A DNA stretch of 64,000 nucleotides from Candidatus Aminicenantes bacterium. Its GTDB lineage: Bacteria > Acidobacteriota > Aminicenantia > Aminicenantales > JAFGBC01. Location: assembly GCA_963702005.1 (NCBI GenBank), contig OY969696.1, forward strand, positions 224,001 through 288,000. The letters are read 5' to 3'. Below the pieces are notes generated by a model. It was not told the origin of the DNA. It saw nothing but the letters and a program-made list of their open reading frames with translations, and did no database searches. The translations under genes were made by a program, and so were the position numbers. Of this stretch, positions 1 through 9,651 are shown in pieces (position 1 is the first letter of the stretch; every line of letters starts with the position of its first letter).

Positions 1-581
1 TCGGGACGGCCCTGAGAGCGACCGTCATCCTGGCGGCCGTCGTCTGTGGTCTCTACCCAGCCCTGGTGACGGCGGTCGCCCAAGCCGTTTTCCCGGCCAA
101 GGCGAACGGGTCGCTCGTGGTCCGGGACGGACGGGTCGAGGGTTCGACTCTCCTCGGCCGGTCTTTTTCGGGAGCACGCTATTTCCACCCCCGGCCCTCG
201 GCCGCCGGCACAGGCTATGATGCCATTCGGTCCGGGGGCAGCAATCTCGGCCCGACATCCAGGACGCTCATCGAGACGATCGGCCGACGAGCGCTCGCCT
301 ATCGCACGGAGAACGGGCTTCCTCCCGATGTCCCTGTGCCCGTCGACGCCGTAACGGCTTCGGGGAGCGGCCTCGACCCGCATATCAGCCTCGCCAACGC
401 CCTCCTCCAGGCGCCCCGGGTCGCGCGGGCCCGGGGCCTGAGCGCGGCGGCCGTGCAAGCCCGGATCGAAGCCCTCGCGGAAGGCCGCTGGCTGGGTTTC
501 CTGGGAGAGCCGCGGGTCAACGTCTTAGTCCTGAACTTGGCTCTCGACGACGGCGATAGGGGGGATCATGCCGGGCGATAG
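1..581 (+). CDS. kdpC: K+-transporting ATPase subunit C (5' end outside window)
   Basis: KANGSL, YFHPRPSA, SGGSNLGP, DAVTASGSGLDPHIS and GEPRVNVL motifs; frame is open back to the window edge (GTALRATVILAAVVCGLYP). Confidence 0.96.
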   Translation, partial: GTALRATVILAAVVCGLYPALVTAVAQAVFPAKANGSLVVRDGRVEGSTLLGRSFSGARYFHPRPSAAGTGYDAIRSGGSNLGPTSRTLIETIGRRALAYRTENGLPPDVPVPVDAVTASGSGLDPHISLANALLQAPRVARARGLSAAAVQARIEALAEGRWLGFLGEPRVNVLVLNLALDDGDRGDHAGR

Positions 582-2259
582 GGCGAACTCGTTCTTGAGG
601 ATGATCCGCTGGGCCCAGCGGGGAAAGCTCAAGGTCTATCTCGGCTACTGCGCCGGGGTCGGCAAGACTTACCAGATGCTCCTCGAGGGGCATCGTCTCA
701 AGGACCAGGGGATCGATGTCGTCATCGGCCTTCTCGAAACGCACGGCCGGGCCGAGATCGTCAAGCTCGCCGAGGGCCTCGAAGTCGTCCCCCGCCGCCG
801 TCAGGACTATCGCGGCATCGCCCTGGAGGAGATGGACGTCGACGCCGTCCTGTCCCGTCGGCCTCAAGTGGCCCTGGTCGACGAGCTGGCCCACACCAAC
901 GCGCCCAACAGCCGGAACGCGAAACGCTACGAGGACGTCCAAGACCTCCTGGCGGCGGGCATCCATGTCATCACGACCATGAACGTCCAGCACCTGGAAA
1001 GTTTGTACGGGACGGTCGAAATGGCCGTCGGGGTCAAGGTCCGCGAGCGTTTGCCCGATTCCGTCCTGGCCGACGCGGACGAGATCGTGGACGTCGACCT
1101 GACGACCGAAGACCTCAGGAAACGCCTGGAAGAAGGCCGGATCTATCCCAAAGAGCGGATCGGGACGGCCCTGGCCAACTTCTTCACGGCCTCGAATCTG
1201 GAGCGGCTCCGCGAACTGACCCTGCGCGAGCTGGCCTCCCAGATCGACCTCCGCAGACGCCAAGTCTCGGAGGAGGAGGCCGTCCGGGCCCCGGACCAGG
1301 TCATGGTCTGCCTGAGCTCGCACGGCCCCAACAGCAAGAAACTCCTCCGCTACGCATCGCGCCTGGCCGGGAAGCTCAATCGGAACTGGTATGCCGTCTA
1401 CGTTCAAACCCGGTCCGAGGGCGCCACCGCCATCGACGCCCGAACCCAGCGGATTCTCTCCGAGACCCTGACCCTGGCCAAGCAGCTGGGGGCCATGGTC
1501 TTCACCTACAAGGGAGACGACATCGTCGAGACCATTCTGAGCTTCGCCAGGGAATATCGGGTCGGGCACGTCGTCCTGGGGAGTCCCAAGCCGATGCCGC
1601 TCTGGAGACGGCTTGGCAGGAAGCGCAACATCGTCGAGGCGCTCATCGGGAAGGCGCAGGGGATCACGGTCATCGTTCTCGACACCAGGACGGAAGAACC
1701 CGTTCAGGCCAAGCCCTCCCTGGAGATCCCCGAAGGGCTGCCGCGCGCGAAAGTGCCGTTTCAGGCCGAAGCCGGGACCGGCCCTGCGTTGACCTTGACC
1801 GGAACCCTTGCGCCGGAGCGCATCCTCATCTGGGATGCGCCCGTTTCCAAGGAGGCCGTCCTCCGAACGCTGGCGGCGTCTTTGGGGGCCGAGGGCGGAC
1901 TTGAGGGGCCGGCGGAATTATATGAGGCCGTTATGAAACGGGAGGACCAGGGCTCGACCTTTCTGAACGAGGGTGTCGCCTTCCCTCATGTCCGAGTTCC
2001 CGGATTGGCTTCCCCTCTTATCGCCTTGGGGCTGACCAAGCGCGGCGTCTCCGACGTCTCGACGGAGAAACCGATCGAGATCGTGTTCCTGATCATCTCT
2101 CCCGAACAAACTCCCGATATCCAGGTCAAGCTGCTGGGCCTGGCCAGCCGGGCGGCCCAAAACAGGCATCTCCTCCAGGACCTCCGGGCAGCCCGGTCTC
2201 CGGAGGACGCGCTCGGGGTCATCGGAGCCTGGGAAGCGCCCGCAAGTCCCGAAAATTGA
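568..2259 (+). CDS. kdpD: KdpD N-terminal sensor + USP domain fused to a C-terminal PTS EIIA (Ntr/Fru-type) domain; no TM helices or kinase
   Basis: RGKLKVYLGYCAGVGKTYQML, ALVDELAHTN, NVQHLESL; USP segment VMVCLSS; C-terminal KREDQGSTFLNEGVAFPH EIIA signature; overlaps kdpC stop. Confidence 0.9.
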   Translation: MPGDRANSFLRMIRWAQRGKLKVYLGYCAGVGKTYQMLLEGHRLKDQGIDVVIGLLETHGRAEIVKLAEGLEVVPRRRQDYRGIALEEMDVDAVLSRRPQVALVDELAHTNAPNSRNAKRYEDVQDLLAAGIHVITTMNVQHLESLYGTVEMAVGVKVRERLPDSVLADADEIVDVDLTTEDLRKRLEEGRIYPKERIGTALANFFTASNLERLRELTLRELASQIDLRRRQVSEEEAVRAPDQVMVCLSSHGPNSKKLLRYASRLAGKLNRNWYAVYVQTRSEGATAIDARTQRILSETLTLAKQLGAMVFTYKGDDIVETILSFAREYRVGHVVLGSPKPMPLWRRLGRKRNIVEALIGKAQGITVIVLDTRTEEPVQAKPSLEIPEGLPRAKVPFQAEAGTGPALTLTGTLAPERILIWDAPVSKEAVLRTLAASLGAEGGLEGPAELYEAVMKREDQGSTFLNEGVAFPHVRVPGLASPLIALGLTKRGVSDVSTEKPIEIVFLIISPEQTPDIQVKLLGLASRAAQNRHLLQDLRAARSPEDALGVIGAWEAPASPEN

Positions 2260-2280
2260 CCCCCCTTCATTCATTATGCT

Positions 2281-3690
2281 ATGGTTCTTCCCGGAAACTC
2301 CGGGAAGGAGAAGATGATGATGCCGACCCCTAAAGTGACCTCCCTTCTCTTGGCGACGATCTGCCCCGTTCTGGTCTTGGCCTGCCTCAGGGGGTTATCG
2401 ACGAACGACCGCACCAGCCAGACCGCAGAAACGGTCAAGAAGGAATTTCGTCACGCCTGGAGCGCATACAAATCTTATGCCTGGGGACACGATGAGCTGA
2501 AACCCTTGAGCAAGGGCGCGCGTGATTGGTACGGGACTTCATTGCTCATGACTCCCGTCGACGCCCTGGACACCATGATCCTGATGGGACTCAAGGCGGA
2601 AGCCGACGAGGCGAAGGCCTTGATCTTCGAACGCTTGTCTTTCGACGTCGACATCGAAATTCAAAGCTTCGAGGTCACGATCCGGCTGTTGGGAGGCCTC
2701 CTAACGGCCTATGAGTGGGATAGAGATGTCCGTTTCCTGAGACTGGCCGAAGACCTCGGCCGCCGGCTCCTTCCCATTTACGATTCTCCGACCGGGATGC
2801 CTTACCGCTACGTCAACCTCCGGACCGGCCGAACCCGGGATGCCGTCAACAACCCGGCCGAGATCGGAACGGCCCTTATCGAATTCGGGACCTTGAGCCG
2901 CTTGACGGGAAAGCCGGTGTTCTACGAGAAGAGCAAGAGAGCCCTGGTCGAGTTGTCCAAGCGCAGGTCCGCCCTCGGCCTGGTCGGCACCACGATCAAC
3001 GTCGAGACCGGCGCCTGGATCGATAAGACCAGCCATATCGACGGGATGATCGATTCCTATTATGAGTACCTGCTCAAGGCCTGGCTCCTGTTCGGGGACG
3101 AGGACTGCCGGCGCTTGTGGGACAGCGGCCTCAGGGCCGTTCAATCTTATCTGGCCGACGATTCGGCCCGAGGCCTTTGGTATGGCCAGGTCGACATGGA
3201 GACCGGACGGCGTCTCTCGACTCAATTCGGCGCCCTGACCGCCTTCTTCCCGGCCGTCCTGGCCTTGAGCGGCGACCTGGACGGAGCCTCAAGGCTCCAA
3301 GATTCCTGCATGAGAATGTGGAACTTGCATGGGATCGAGCCCGAGCTCATCGATTACTCGACCCTGGAGGTCCTTGAAAAACCTTATGTCCTCCGGCCGG
3401 AAATCATCGAATCGGCCTATTACCTTTTTCACTATACGAAGGACCCCCGCTATCTCCGGATGGGCGAGGCGTTCTTCGATGGCCTGGTCAAATACTGCCG
3501 GACGGACGCGGGCTACGCGTCGCTCAAGGATGTCGTGACCAAGGAGAAAAGCGACAGCATGCCGAGCTTTTTCCTGGCCGAAACTTTGAAGTATCTCTAT
3601 CTGCTGTTCGCCCCGGACGAGACTCTCCCCTTCGACGAAGTCTTATTCAACACCGAAGCCCACCCGGTCAAGAGGACATGGCCTCAATAA
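2281..3690 (+). CDS. Glycoside hydrolase family 47 (alpha-1,2-mannosidase), secreted
   Basis: YAWGHDELKPLS, FEVTIRLLGGLL, DSYYEYLLK, LRPEIIES, SFFLAETLKYLYLLF, NTEAHP; start may be at a downstream Met (~2314). Confidence 0.93.
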   Translation: MVLPGNSGKEKMMMPTPKVTSLLLATICPVLVLACLRGLSTNDRTSQTAETVKKEFRHAWSAYKSYAWGHDELKPLSKGARDWYGTSLLMTPVDALDTMILMGLKAEADEAKALIFERLSFDVDIEIQSFEVTIRLLGGLLTAYEWDRDVRFLRLAEDLGRRLLPIYDSPTGMPYRYVNLRTGRTRDAVNNPAEIGTALIEFGTLSRLTGKPVFYEKSKRALVELSKRRSALGLVGTTINVETGAWIDKTSHIDGMIDSYYEYLLKAWLLFGDEDCRRLWDSGLRAVQSYLADDSARGLWYGQVDMETGRRLSTQFGALTAFFPAVLALSGDLDGASRLQDSCMRMWNLHGIEPELIDYSTLEVLEKPYVLRPEIIESAYYLFHYTKDPRYLRMGEAFFDGLVKYCRTDAGYASLKDVVTKEKSDSMPSFFLAETLKYLYLLFAPDETLPFDEVLFNTEAHPVKRTWPQ

Positions 3691-3795
3691 TCCAACGCGG
3701 TCGGCCCGGATTCGATCGAACCCTATCTTCATGAGAACGCGAAACTGGACATCGGCCTGATCGCGGATTCCGGCATCTTTAAGTCCGCCGGGCCG

Positions 3796-4077
3796 TTAGG
3801 CCAGACCCATCTTTTTGAGGGCCTGCTCGCCCCTGTTGGCCGCGGCCGGCGCTTCGCCCGGAAGATAGAGCATGACGCCGTGCCGAACGGGCCGGAGCAA
3901 GATTTTCCCCTCGGCCGCGAACGCGGTTGTGACCTGGATTGGGTCCTCCCCATCGTAATAGACCCTGAACGCTTCGTTGAATCCGCTGTAGACGGAATGA
4001 ATGCCCTTGAACGTCCCCGTCCTCAGCTTCTCGATGGCCAGCTTGATGAATTCTTGATGGGACAATTTTTTCGCCAT
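3796..4077 (-). CDS. Conserved small hypothetical protein
   Basis: 93-aa ORF with RBS (GAGGGA), KGIHSVYSGFNEAF motif, codirectional with purF. Confidence 0.75.
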   Translation of the reverse strand: MAKKLSHQEFIKLAIEKLRTGTFKGIHSVYSGFNEAFRVYYDGEDPIQVTTAFAAEGKILLRPVRHGVMLYLPGEAPAAANRGEQALKKMGLA

Positions 4078-4178
4078 CTCGTCCGTTCCCTCCTCGGATC
4101 GTGTCTCCTCCCTTGAAAGAGGACGGACTTCGGCTTCGGCCTTCTCACTTCGTTCGGAACTTTGTTAAGCCGGAAACC

Positions 4179-5576
4179 CTAGCCCTGACCGTCCCAACAG
4201 TAGGTGCAGAGCTTATCCTTGGAGAGCCCGATGGCCTCGACCAGGTCGTCCAGCAGCTGATACTTGAGGGTCGTCAGGTTGAGGCGGGCGCGGATCCGCT
4301 CCTCCATCTCGCGGCACTTGTCGGTATCGTGGCTCGTATAGTCCGAGAGGTCCTTGGCCTTGGCGCCCTCGATCTCCCGGATGGCCCGGCGCGCGGCCAG
4401 GTCCAGCTCGGAGCGGGAGATCGAAAAATTCAGGAACTTACAGCCATAGACGAGGGGAGGACAAGCCGGCCGCATGTGGACTTCGAGGGCCCCGGCATTA
4501 TAGAGTCTCTTGATCGTGTCTCGAAGTTGGGTCCCCCGGACGATGGAGTCCTCGCAGAACAGAAACTTCTTCCCATCGATCAGCTCCCGGATCGGGATGA
4601 GCTTCATCCGGGCCACCAGGTCGCGGACATCCTGGTTCTGGGGCATGAAGCTCCGGGCCCAGGTCGGGGTGTACTTGACGAAGGGCCGCTTGAAAGGAAG
4701 CTTGGCCTCGGCCGCGAAGCCCAGGCCGTGGCCGACGCCGGAGTCGGGGATGCCGGCCACGAAATCGACGGCGGCCGGGGCGCGCCGGGCCAGGGCCGCC
4801 CCGCATCGGTAGCGCGCCGACTCGACATTGATCCCCTCGTAGCTCGAAGCGGGATAGCCGTAGTAGACCCAGAGGAAGGCGCAGATTCGCAGCGTCGCCT
4901 CGGGCGCCTTCCTTGTCTCGACGCCCTCGGGCGTTACAAAAACGATCTCGCCCGGCCCCAGATACCGATCGACGGCGAAGTCGAGGTTGGGGAAGGCGCA
5001 GGTCTCCATGGTCACGGCCCAGCTTCCCTCCTTGCGGCCGACGACGACCGGCGTCCGCCCGTACTTGTCCCGGGCCGCGTAGATCCCCCTCTCGGTCAGG
5101 ACGAGGAGTGAGCAGGACCCCTCGACCGCGTCCTGGAGGCTGCGGATCCCGGCCTCGAAGCTCCCTTCCTGGTTGATGAACAGGGCGGCCAGTTCGGTCG
5201 GGTTGAGGCCGCCGCTGAGCTCCGTGAAATGAAGCCGACGCCGGACGACGAGGTCGCGGGCCAGGGGCTCGGCATTCTTGATGACGCCGACGGTGGCGAT
5301 GGCATAGCTGCCCAGGTGGGAGCGGACGAGGACGGGTTGGTCGTCGGTGTCGCTGATGACGCCGATCCCGGCCCAGGAATGCATGTCGGCCAGGTCCGCA
5401 TCGAACTTGGAGCGGAATTGGGCGTTCTCGATGTTGTGGATGACCCGGAAGAAGTCGTCCTTGCGGACGACGGCCAAGCCGCCCCGCTTGGTCCCCAGGT
5501 GGGAATGGTAGTCGGTCCCGTAGAACAGGTCCGTGCTGCAGTCCTGCCAGGATGTGACTCCGAAAAAGCCGCCCAT
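4179..5576 (-). CDS. purF: Amidophosphoribosyltransferase (variant starting MGGFFG, no N-terminal Cys)
   Basis: GIPDSG, PRPP-binding EDSIVRGT, RPACPP, CTYCWDG; RBS GGAGGA. Confidence 0.92.
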   Translation of the reverse strand: MGGFFGVTSWQDCSTDLFYGTDYHSHLGTKRGGLAVVRKDDFFRVIHNIENAQFRSKFDADLADMHSWAGIGVISDTDDQPVLVRSHLGSYAIATVGVIKNAEPLARDLVVRRRLHFTELSGGLNPTELAALFINQEGSFEAGIRSLQDAVEGSCSLLVLTERGIYAARDKYGRTPVVVGRKEGSWAVTMETCAFPNLDFAVDRYLGPGEIVFVTPEGVETRKAPEATLRICAFLWVYYGYPASSYEGINVESARYRCGAALARRAPAAVDFVAGIPDSGVGHGLGFAAEAKLPFKRPFVKYTPTWARSFMPQNQDVRDLVARMKLIPIRELIDGKKFLFCEDSIVRGTQLRDTIKRLYNAGALEVHMRPACPPLVYGCKFLNFSISRSELDLAARRAIREIEGAKAKDLSDYTSHDTDKCREMEERIRARLNLTTLKYQLLDDLVEAIGLSKDKLCTYCWDGQG

Positions 5577-5642
5577 CGACGTCCTCCTCCTGGAATCGGG
5601 GTCAGAGCATTTTCATATGGAAAAGCCGGACCTGTCAATCCC

Positions 5643-5744
5643 TCAACTCCCCTGCCTTAAGGCGAGGGCTTGTATAGGGATGACCCTGAGCCGTTTTTCA
5701 ATACCCGCTTAAAGGCTAAGGCTTAGCGTCGGCGAACGGGTCAA
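5643..5744. repeat. Palindromic element resembling IS200/IS605-type ends (non-autonomous, REP-like)
   Basis: TCAACTCCCCTGCCTTAAGGCGAGGGCTTG hairpin, then TGACCC...GGGTCA enclosing a degenerate second copy; resemblance recalled, not searched. Confidence 0.5.
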
Positions 5745-5908
5745 CGTCTGCCGGGACGACATGGGAGTTCGAATTCGCCGGGGAGGCTCCGGGCACCCCC
5801 GGCCGCCGGAAATATCACCCCCCGATTCACCGGAAGGGGGCATTCCGCCCCCCCGAGCCGCCCTTCCATAATGGAGAAAGGGGATATTCTAGCGTATAGG
5901 GCGAACTC

Positions 5909-7891
5909 ATGGGCAACGAACAACCCGGATCGTCTTCGCCGCTGTCGGGGACGGATTCCTCCGCCTCCGAACTCGACTCCCTCATCCGGGATTTCCTCAA
6001 GACTCTCAAAGTCGCCTTCAAAATGGCCGCCATCTATAGGATGGACCATCCCGCCTTCAAGCATACGGTGGTCGACTTGTTGGCCAAGCTGGAAACCCTG
6101 TTCAAGGTCCTCTCTCCCCTGACGATCGGGTTCACGCCCCACGCCCTGTTCATCGACAACCGCTTCTGGGAGGACGACAAGATCATCCTCGAGCTGGCCC
6201 AGCTCTTCCACTTCCGCAAGATTAAAAAGCTCGAATTCCGCCGCGGGATTACGCTCGACGAGCTCTCCAGGTTCGCGGCTAAGATCACCCTCCCGATCAA
6301 AGAGTACATCAAGGCGGGCGGCGTCCGGGCCATCCTCAAGAGCGAACGCGTCGTCCACGTCACGGCCGAAGAGCTCGATTATGCCCAGCTTCTGCGCGGC
6401 GAAGGCGAAGAGATCAAGGACATTTGGCCTTACCTTCTGATGGAGGCGGTTGAGGAGGACGACAGGACCAAGCTCGGCCAGCTGGCCGAGAGCTTCGACA
6501 AGGTCGCCCACAAGTTCAACACCGAGGACCTGATCCAGAACGAGGAGCTTCAGCGCCACTTCTTCAAATTTTTCCGCTACCTCAAAGAGACGGCCACCGA
6601 CAAGTACCGTACCTGCGCCAGGGATTTGCTCAAGTCTCTGCTGGCCGTCCGCAAGGCCCCGCCCGAGACGAAGTTCGAGCAGCTCAAGGTGATGATCTCG
6701 GACTTGAGCGAACAGGACCTGGCTTCCACGCTCTGGGAGGAGATCATCGGAGACGACAAATTCGACTCCCTGAGCTTCAGCGTCTTTTCCAGGATCATTT
6801 CCAAGGAACGGCACATGAAGATCTCCGCCTCCCTGCGGGCGCTCTTCCAGACCGACGACCACGCCAACCGGCGTCCCGAGGTCGAGCGAAAAATCCGGAC
6901 GCTGCTGTCCGGATCCTCCAGCCTGCTGCTGAGCGACGTCTACCGTCAGACGCTGGCCAGCCTTCTGTCCGAAATCGAGTTCGAAAAGAAGATGGAATTC
7001 GACCAGACGCTGCTGGCGCAGAGCTACCGCTTCTTCCATCTCAACCTCCTCGCCCGGGAGACGGCCGCCGAATTCGAAGTCAAGAGCCTGGAGAGGATTC
7101 GAGAAGAGTGGGAGTCCATCGCGCAGGAAGAGAACTTCGATTATCTCCGCCCGCTCTGGGATGTCCTCGAGACCAAGAAGCAACGCCTGGCGGCCGTCCC
7201 CGCTTACGAGTCGCTGAGGACGGATCTCGCCGGGCTCGTCGAAAGCCTGATCCTGCGCGGAGACAGCTCGCCCGCCCTCGACGCTTTCGTCGATGGTCTG
7301 GGCGAAAGCCTGCACGAGCAAGAGACATACCTGGACAAGATCTTCGGCGATAAGATTGCGACGCCCACTCTGCTTCGGGCCTACCTTAGATTTTTTCCGT
7401 CATCCCTGGCCGATTTCAAAACACGCCTGGAGAGAAATAAAGGCTCCAGCCCGCTCCTGGAACGGATCGCCGACAGCCTCAAGAACATCGCGGCGCCCGC
7501 CAGTCTGGACCTCTTGAAAACCCTCTATCTCCTGGGCGAAAAGCGCGTCAAGGTTCGCGCCCTGCAAGCCATGGAAGGACAGAGCGAGGTCGATGAACGA
7601 TTCCTGTTCGCGGCCCTGGACAGGAAGGACGATCAGATCAAGGCGGAAGCCCTGGTCCTGCTGGCGAAACGCGAGCGCTCCCGCCACGTCGCCCTGGCCA
7701 AGCTCCTCTACATCCAATCCCCTTACGGGACGAGGAACAGGGCCTTGATCAAGCATATCCGCATCATAGAAGCCAAAGACCTCCGCGAGGCGAGGCCGTT
7801 CCTGACGTCCCTGGCCCAGCGCAAGGACGTCTGGAACCGCCGCGTCCGGCAGGAGGCTTTCCGCGTATTGGAGGCCTGGGGTGAGGGATAA
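5909..7891 (+). CDS. Alpha-helical (HEAT-repeat-like) hypothetical protein
   Basis: 660 aa; N-terminal MAAIYRMDHP domain resembles the N-terminus of the next gene; HEAT-like C-terminus (VRALQAM, VRQEAFRVL). Confidence 0.8.
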   Translation: MGNEQPGSSSPLSGTDSSASELDSLIRDFLKTLKVAFKMAAIYRMDHPAFKHTVVDLLAKLETLFKVLSPLTIGFTPHALFIDNRFWEDDKIILELAQLFHFRKIKKLEFRRGITLDELSRFAAKITLPIKEYIKAGGVRAILKSERVVHVTAEELDYAQLLRGEGEEIKDIWPYLLMEAVEEDDRTKLGQLAESFDKVAHKFNTEDLIQNEELQRHFFKFFRYLKETATDKYRTCARDLLKSLLAVRKAPPETKFEQLKVMISDLSEQDLASTLWEEIIGDDKFDSLSFSVFSRIISKERHMKISASLRALFQTDDHANRRPEVERKIRTLLSGSSSLLLSDVYRQTLASLLSEIEFEKKMEFDQTLLAQSYRFFHLNLLARETAAEFEVKSLERIREEWESIAQEENFDYLRPLWDVLETKKQRLAAVPAYESLRTDLAGLVESLILRGDSSPALDAFVDGLGESLHEQETYLDKIFGDKIATPTLLRAYLRFFPSSLADFKTRLERNKGSSPLLERIADSLKNIAAPASLDLLKTLYLLGEKRVKVRALQAMEGQSEVDERFLFAALDRKDDQIKAEALVLLAKRERSRHVALAKLLYIQSPYGTRNRALIKHIRIIEAKDLREARPFLTSLAQRKDVWNRRVRQEAFRVLEAWGEG

Positions 7892-9236
7892 GGTCAAGTC
7901 CTGTTTCATCTACCTGATGAACACGATCCAAGCCGGCAAGATCTACTCGGAGAACCATCCGAAATTCAAGGAATTCACAGAACGCCTCTTCGCCGTGCTG
8001 GAAGAGATCCTCGAGAGCAGGAAGGAATTGACCCTGGGGATCGTCAAGGGGGAGCTGGCCTGGGAAGACGAGATCTTCTTCAACTTGAGCCAGAAGCTGG
8101 GTCCCCTGATTAGCTTCCTCGAGGAGAGCCGGATCGAACGGATCATTTTCCAACAGGGTCTCCGCTTCGAGGAATTGCACGGATTCGCCGTCTTCCTGGC
8201 TAGGACCCGGCGGCTGGACAAGGTCGATGAGCAGGAATACTTCAACCTACACGGCATCCAGAACATCCGGGCGGGACGGTTGCGGGCCCTGGTCAAGGGC
8301 GAGAGTCCCGAAGGGGCCGTCGACGAGATTCGGATGAAATACGAAAATTCGATCCAATCCGTCTCCCACAGCCTGAACCAGGTCTTGAACGAGGAGGAGA
8401 TCGACTATCTCGACCTGCGCTTCAACGTCCTCAGCCTGATGGAAGACTTCGTGGGACGCCACCAGGACCTCTTGAACCTGGTCTCCGTCAAGGAGAAAGA
8501 CTTGGTGACCTTCGCCCATCTCCTGAATGTGACCCTGCTGTCTATGTTCTTCGCCTCCAAGCTCGAATTCCCCAAGGACGAGGTCCTGGATCTCGGCATC
8601 GCCGCCCTCTATCACGACGTCGGCAAGCTCGGCATCTCCCTGGGCATCCTCAAGAAAAGGACGAAACTCTCCGAACAGGAGTATATCCAGATCCGAGACC
8701 ATCCGGTGCTGGGCGCCAAGATCCTCGACGACTACAAAGACACGCTGGGCATCCTGCCCGTTATCGTCGCTTACGAACACCATATCCGCTACGACATGAC
8801 CGGCTACCCGAAACTGGCCTATCCGAGGAAGCCCCATCCGGCCTCGATGATGGTCTCGATCTGCGACGTCTACGACGCCCTCGCCCTCAAGCGCTCCTAC
8901 AAGAAGGATTATCCGCCCGATAAGATCTATGAGGTCATGAACCTGGAGAAGGGCAAGATGTTCGACCCCGCGCTCCTCGACAAGTTCTTCCGGTTCATGG
9001 GGATCTGGCCGGTCGGGACGATCGTCGCTCTCAGCGATAGCCGCGTCGCCGTCGTCCGGGAAGTCCACGAAGCCGACCTGCGCGGCCCGACCGTGGAGGT
9101 CATCGATTCCGGGGAGCACAGGGAGACGATCGATTTGTCCAAGACCAAGGAACTTCGCATCACGGAAGCCTTAAACCCTCACGGCAAGGGCAAAAAATAC
9201 CTCTCCCTGATCCAAGGATCCTCCCCGCTCGCCTGA
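7881..9236 (+). CDS. HD-GYP domain protein (putative cyclic dinucleotide phosphodiesterase)
   Basis: ALYHDVGK, HPVLGAKIL, EHHIRYDMTGYP, ICDVYDAL, FDPALL; overlaps upstream gene. Confidence 0.92.
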   Translation: MRDKVKSCFIYLMNTIQAGKIYSENHPKFKEFTERLFAVLEEILESRKELTLGIVKGELAWEDEIFFNLSQKLGPLISFLEESRIERIIFQQGLRFEELHGFAVFLARTRRLDKVDEQEYFNLHGIQNIRAGRLRALVKGESPEGAVDEIRMKYENSIQSVSHSLNQVLNEEEIDYLDLRFNVLSLMEDFVGRHQDLLNLVSVKEKDLVTFAHLLNVTLLSMFFASKLEFPKDEVLDLGIAALYHDVGKLGISLGILKKRTKLSEQEYIQIRDHPVLGAKILDDYKDTLGILPVIVAYEHHIRYDMTGYPKLAYPRKPHPASMMVSICDVYDALALKRSYKKDYPPDKIYEVMNLEKGKMFDPALLDKFFRFMGIWPVGTIVALSDSRVAVVREVHEADLRGPTVEVIDSGEHRETIDLSKTKELRITEALNPHGKGKKYLSLIQGSSPLA

Positions 9237-9267
9237 TCCCGGAGCGGAGTCCCGCCCGGCCGGACCT

Positions 9268-9507
9268 TCAGAACTCGAACTCGACGCCCAGGACGGGCAG
9301 CAGACCCCAGCCCAGGATTTTTCCCGGCTTCCGTCCGATCGCATTCCAGGTGACGGCCGCCACGTTCTTCCGGTTGAGGACGTTCCACAGACTGAGGGTG
9401 AGCGTCAAATTGGAGCCCCGGAAGTTGAAGCGGCGGTCGCAGCGGATGTTGAGGGAAGCGGAGAGCGCCGTCAGACTGAAGACCGTCCACATCGTTTCGG
9501 CGATCAT
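9268..9507 (-). pseudogene. Remnant of a TonB-dependent receptor (C-terminal beta-strands only)
   Basis: SLNIRCDRRF...LWNVLNRKN...LLPVLGVEFEF ending in Phe, only 79 aa. Confidence 0.65.
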
Positions 9508-9651
9508 TCTGCCGGCGTTGATGCCCCGCGCCTTCCGCCCGCTGGCCGGGAAGGGCTTCGACGACGCTGAAACGCGCCGCTATTACGTCAAGGCCGTCGT
9601 TGAAACCTGCCTCAAGTAAGGGGGACTCTGCCGGCCGCTCCCCGGCCTGTT

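Noticed and set aside
5790-5856. C-rich intergenic similarity to the reverse complement of 28950-29013
   Set aside because: Low-complexity match with many gaps; cannot be distinguished from chance by eye
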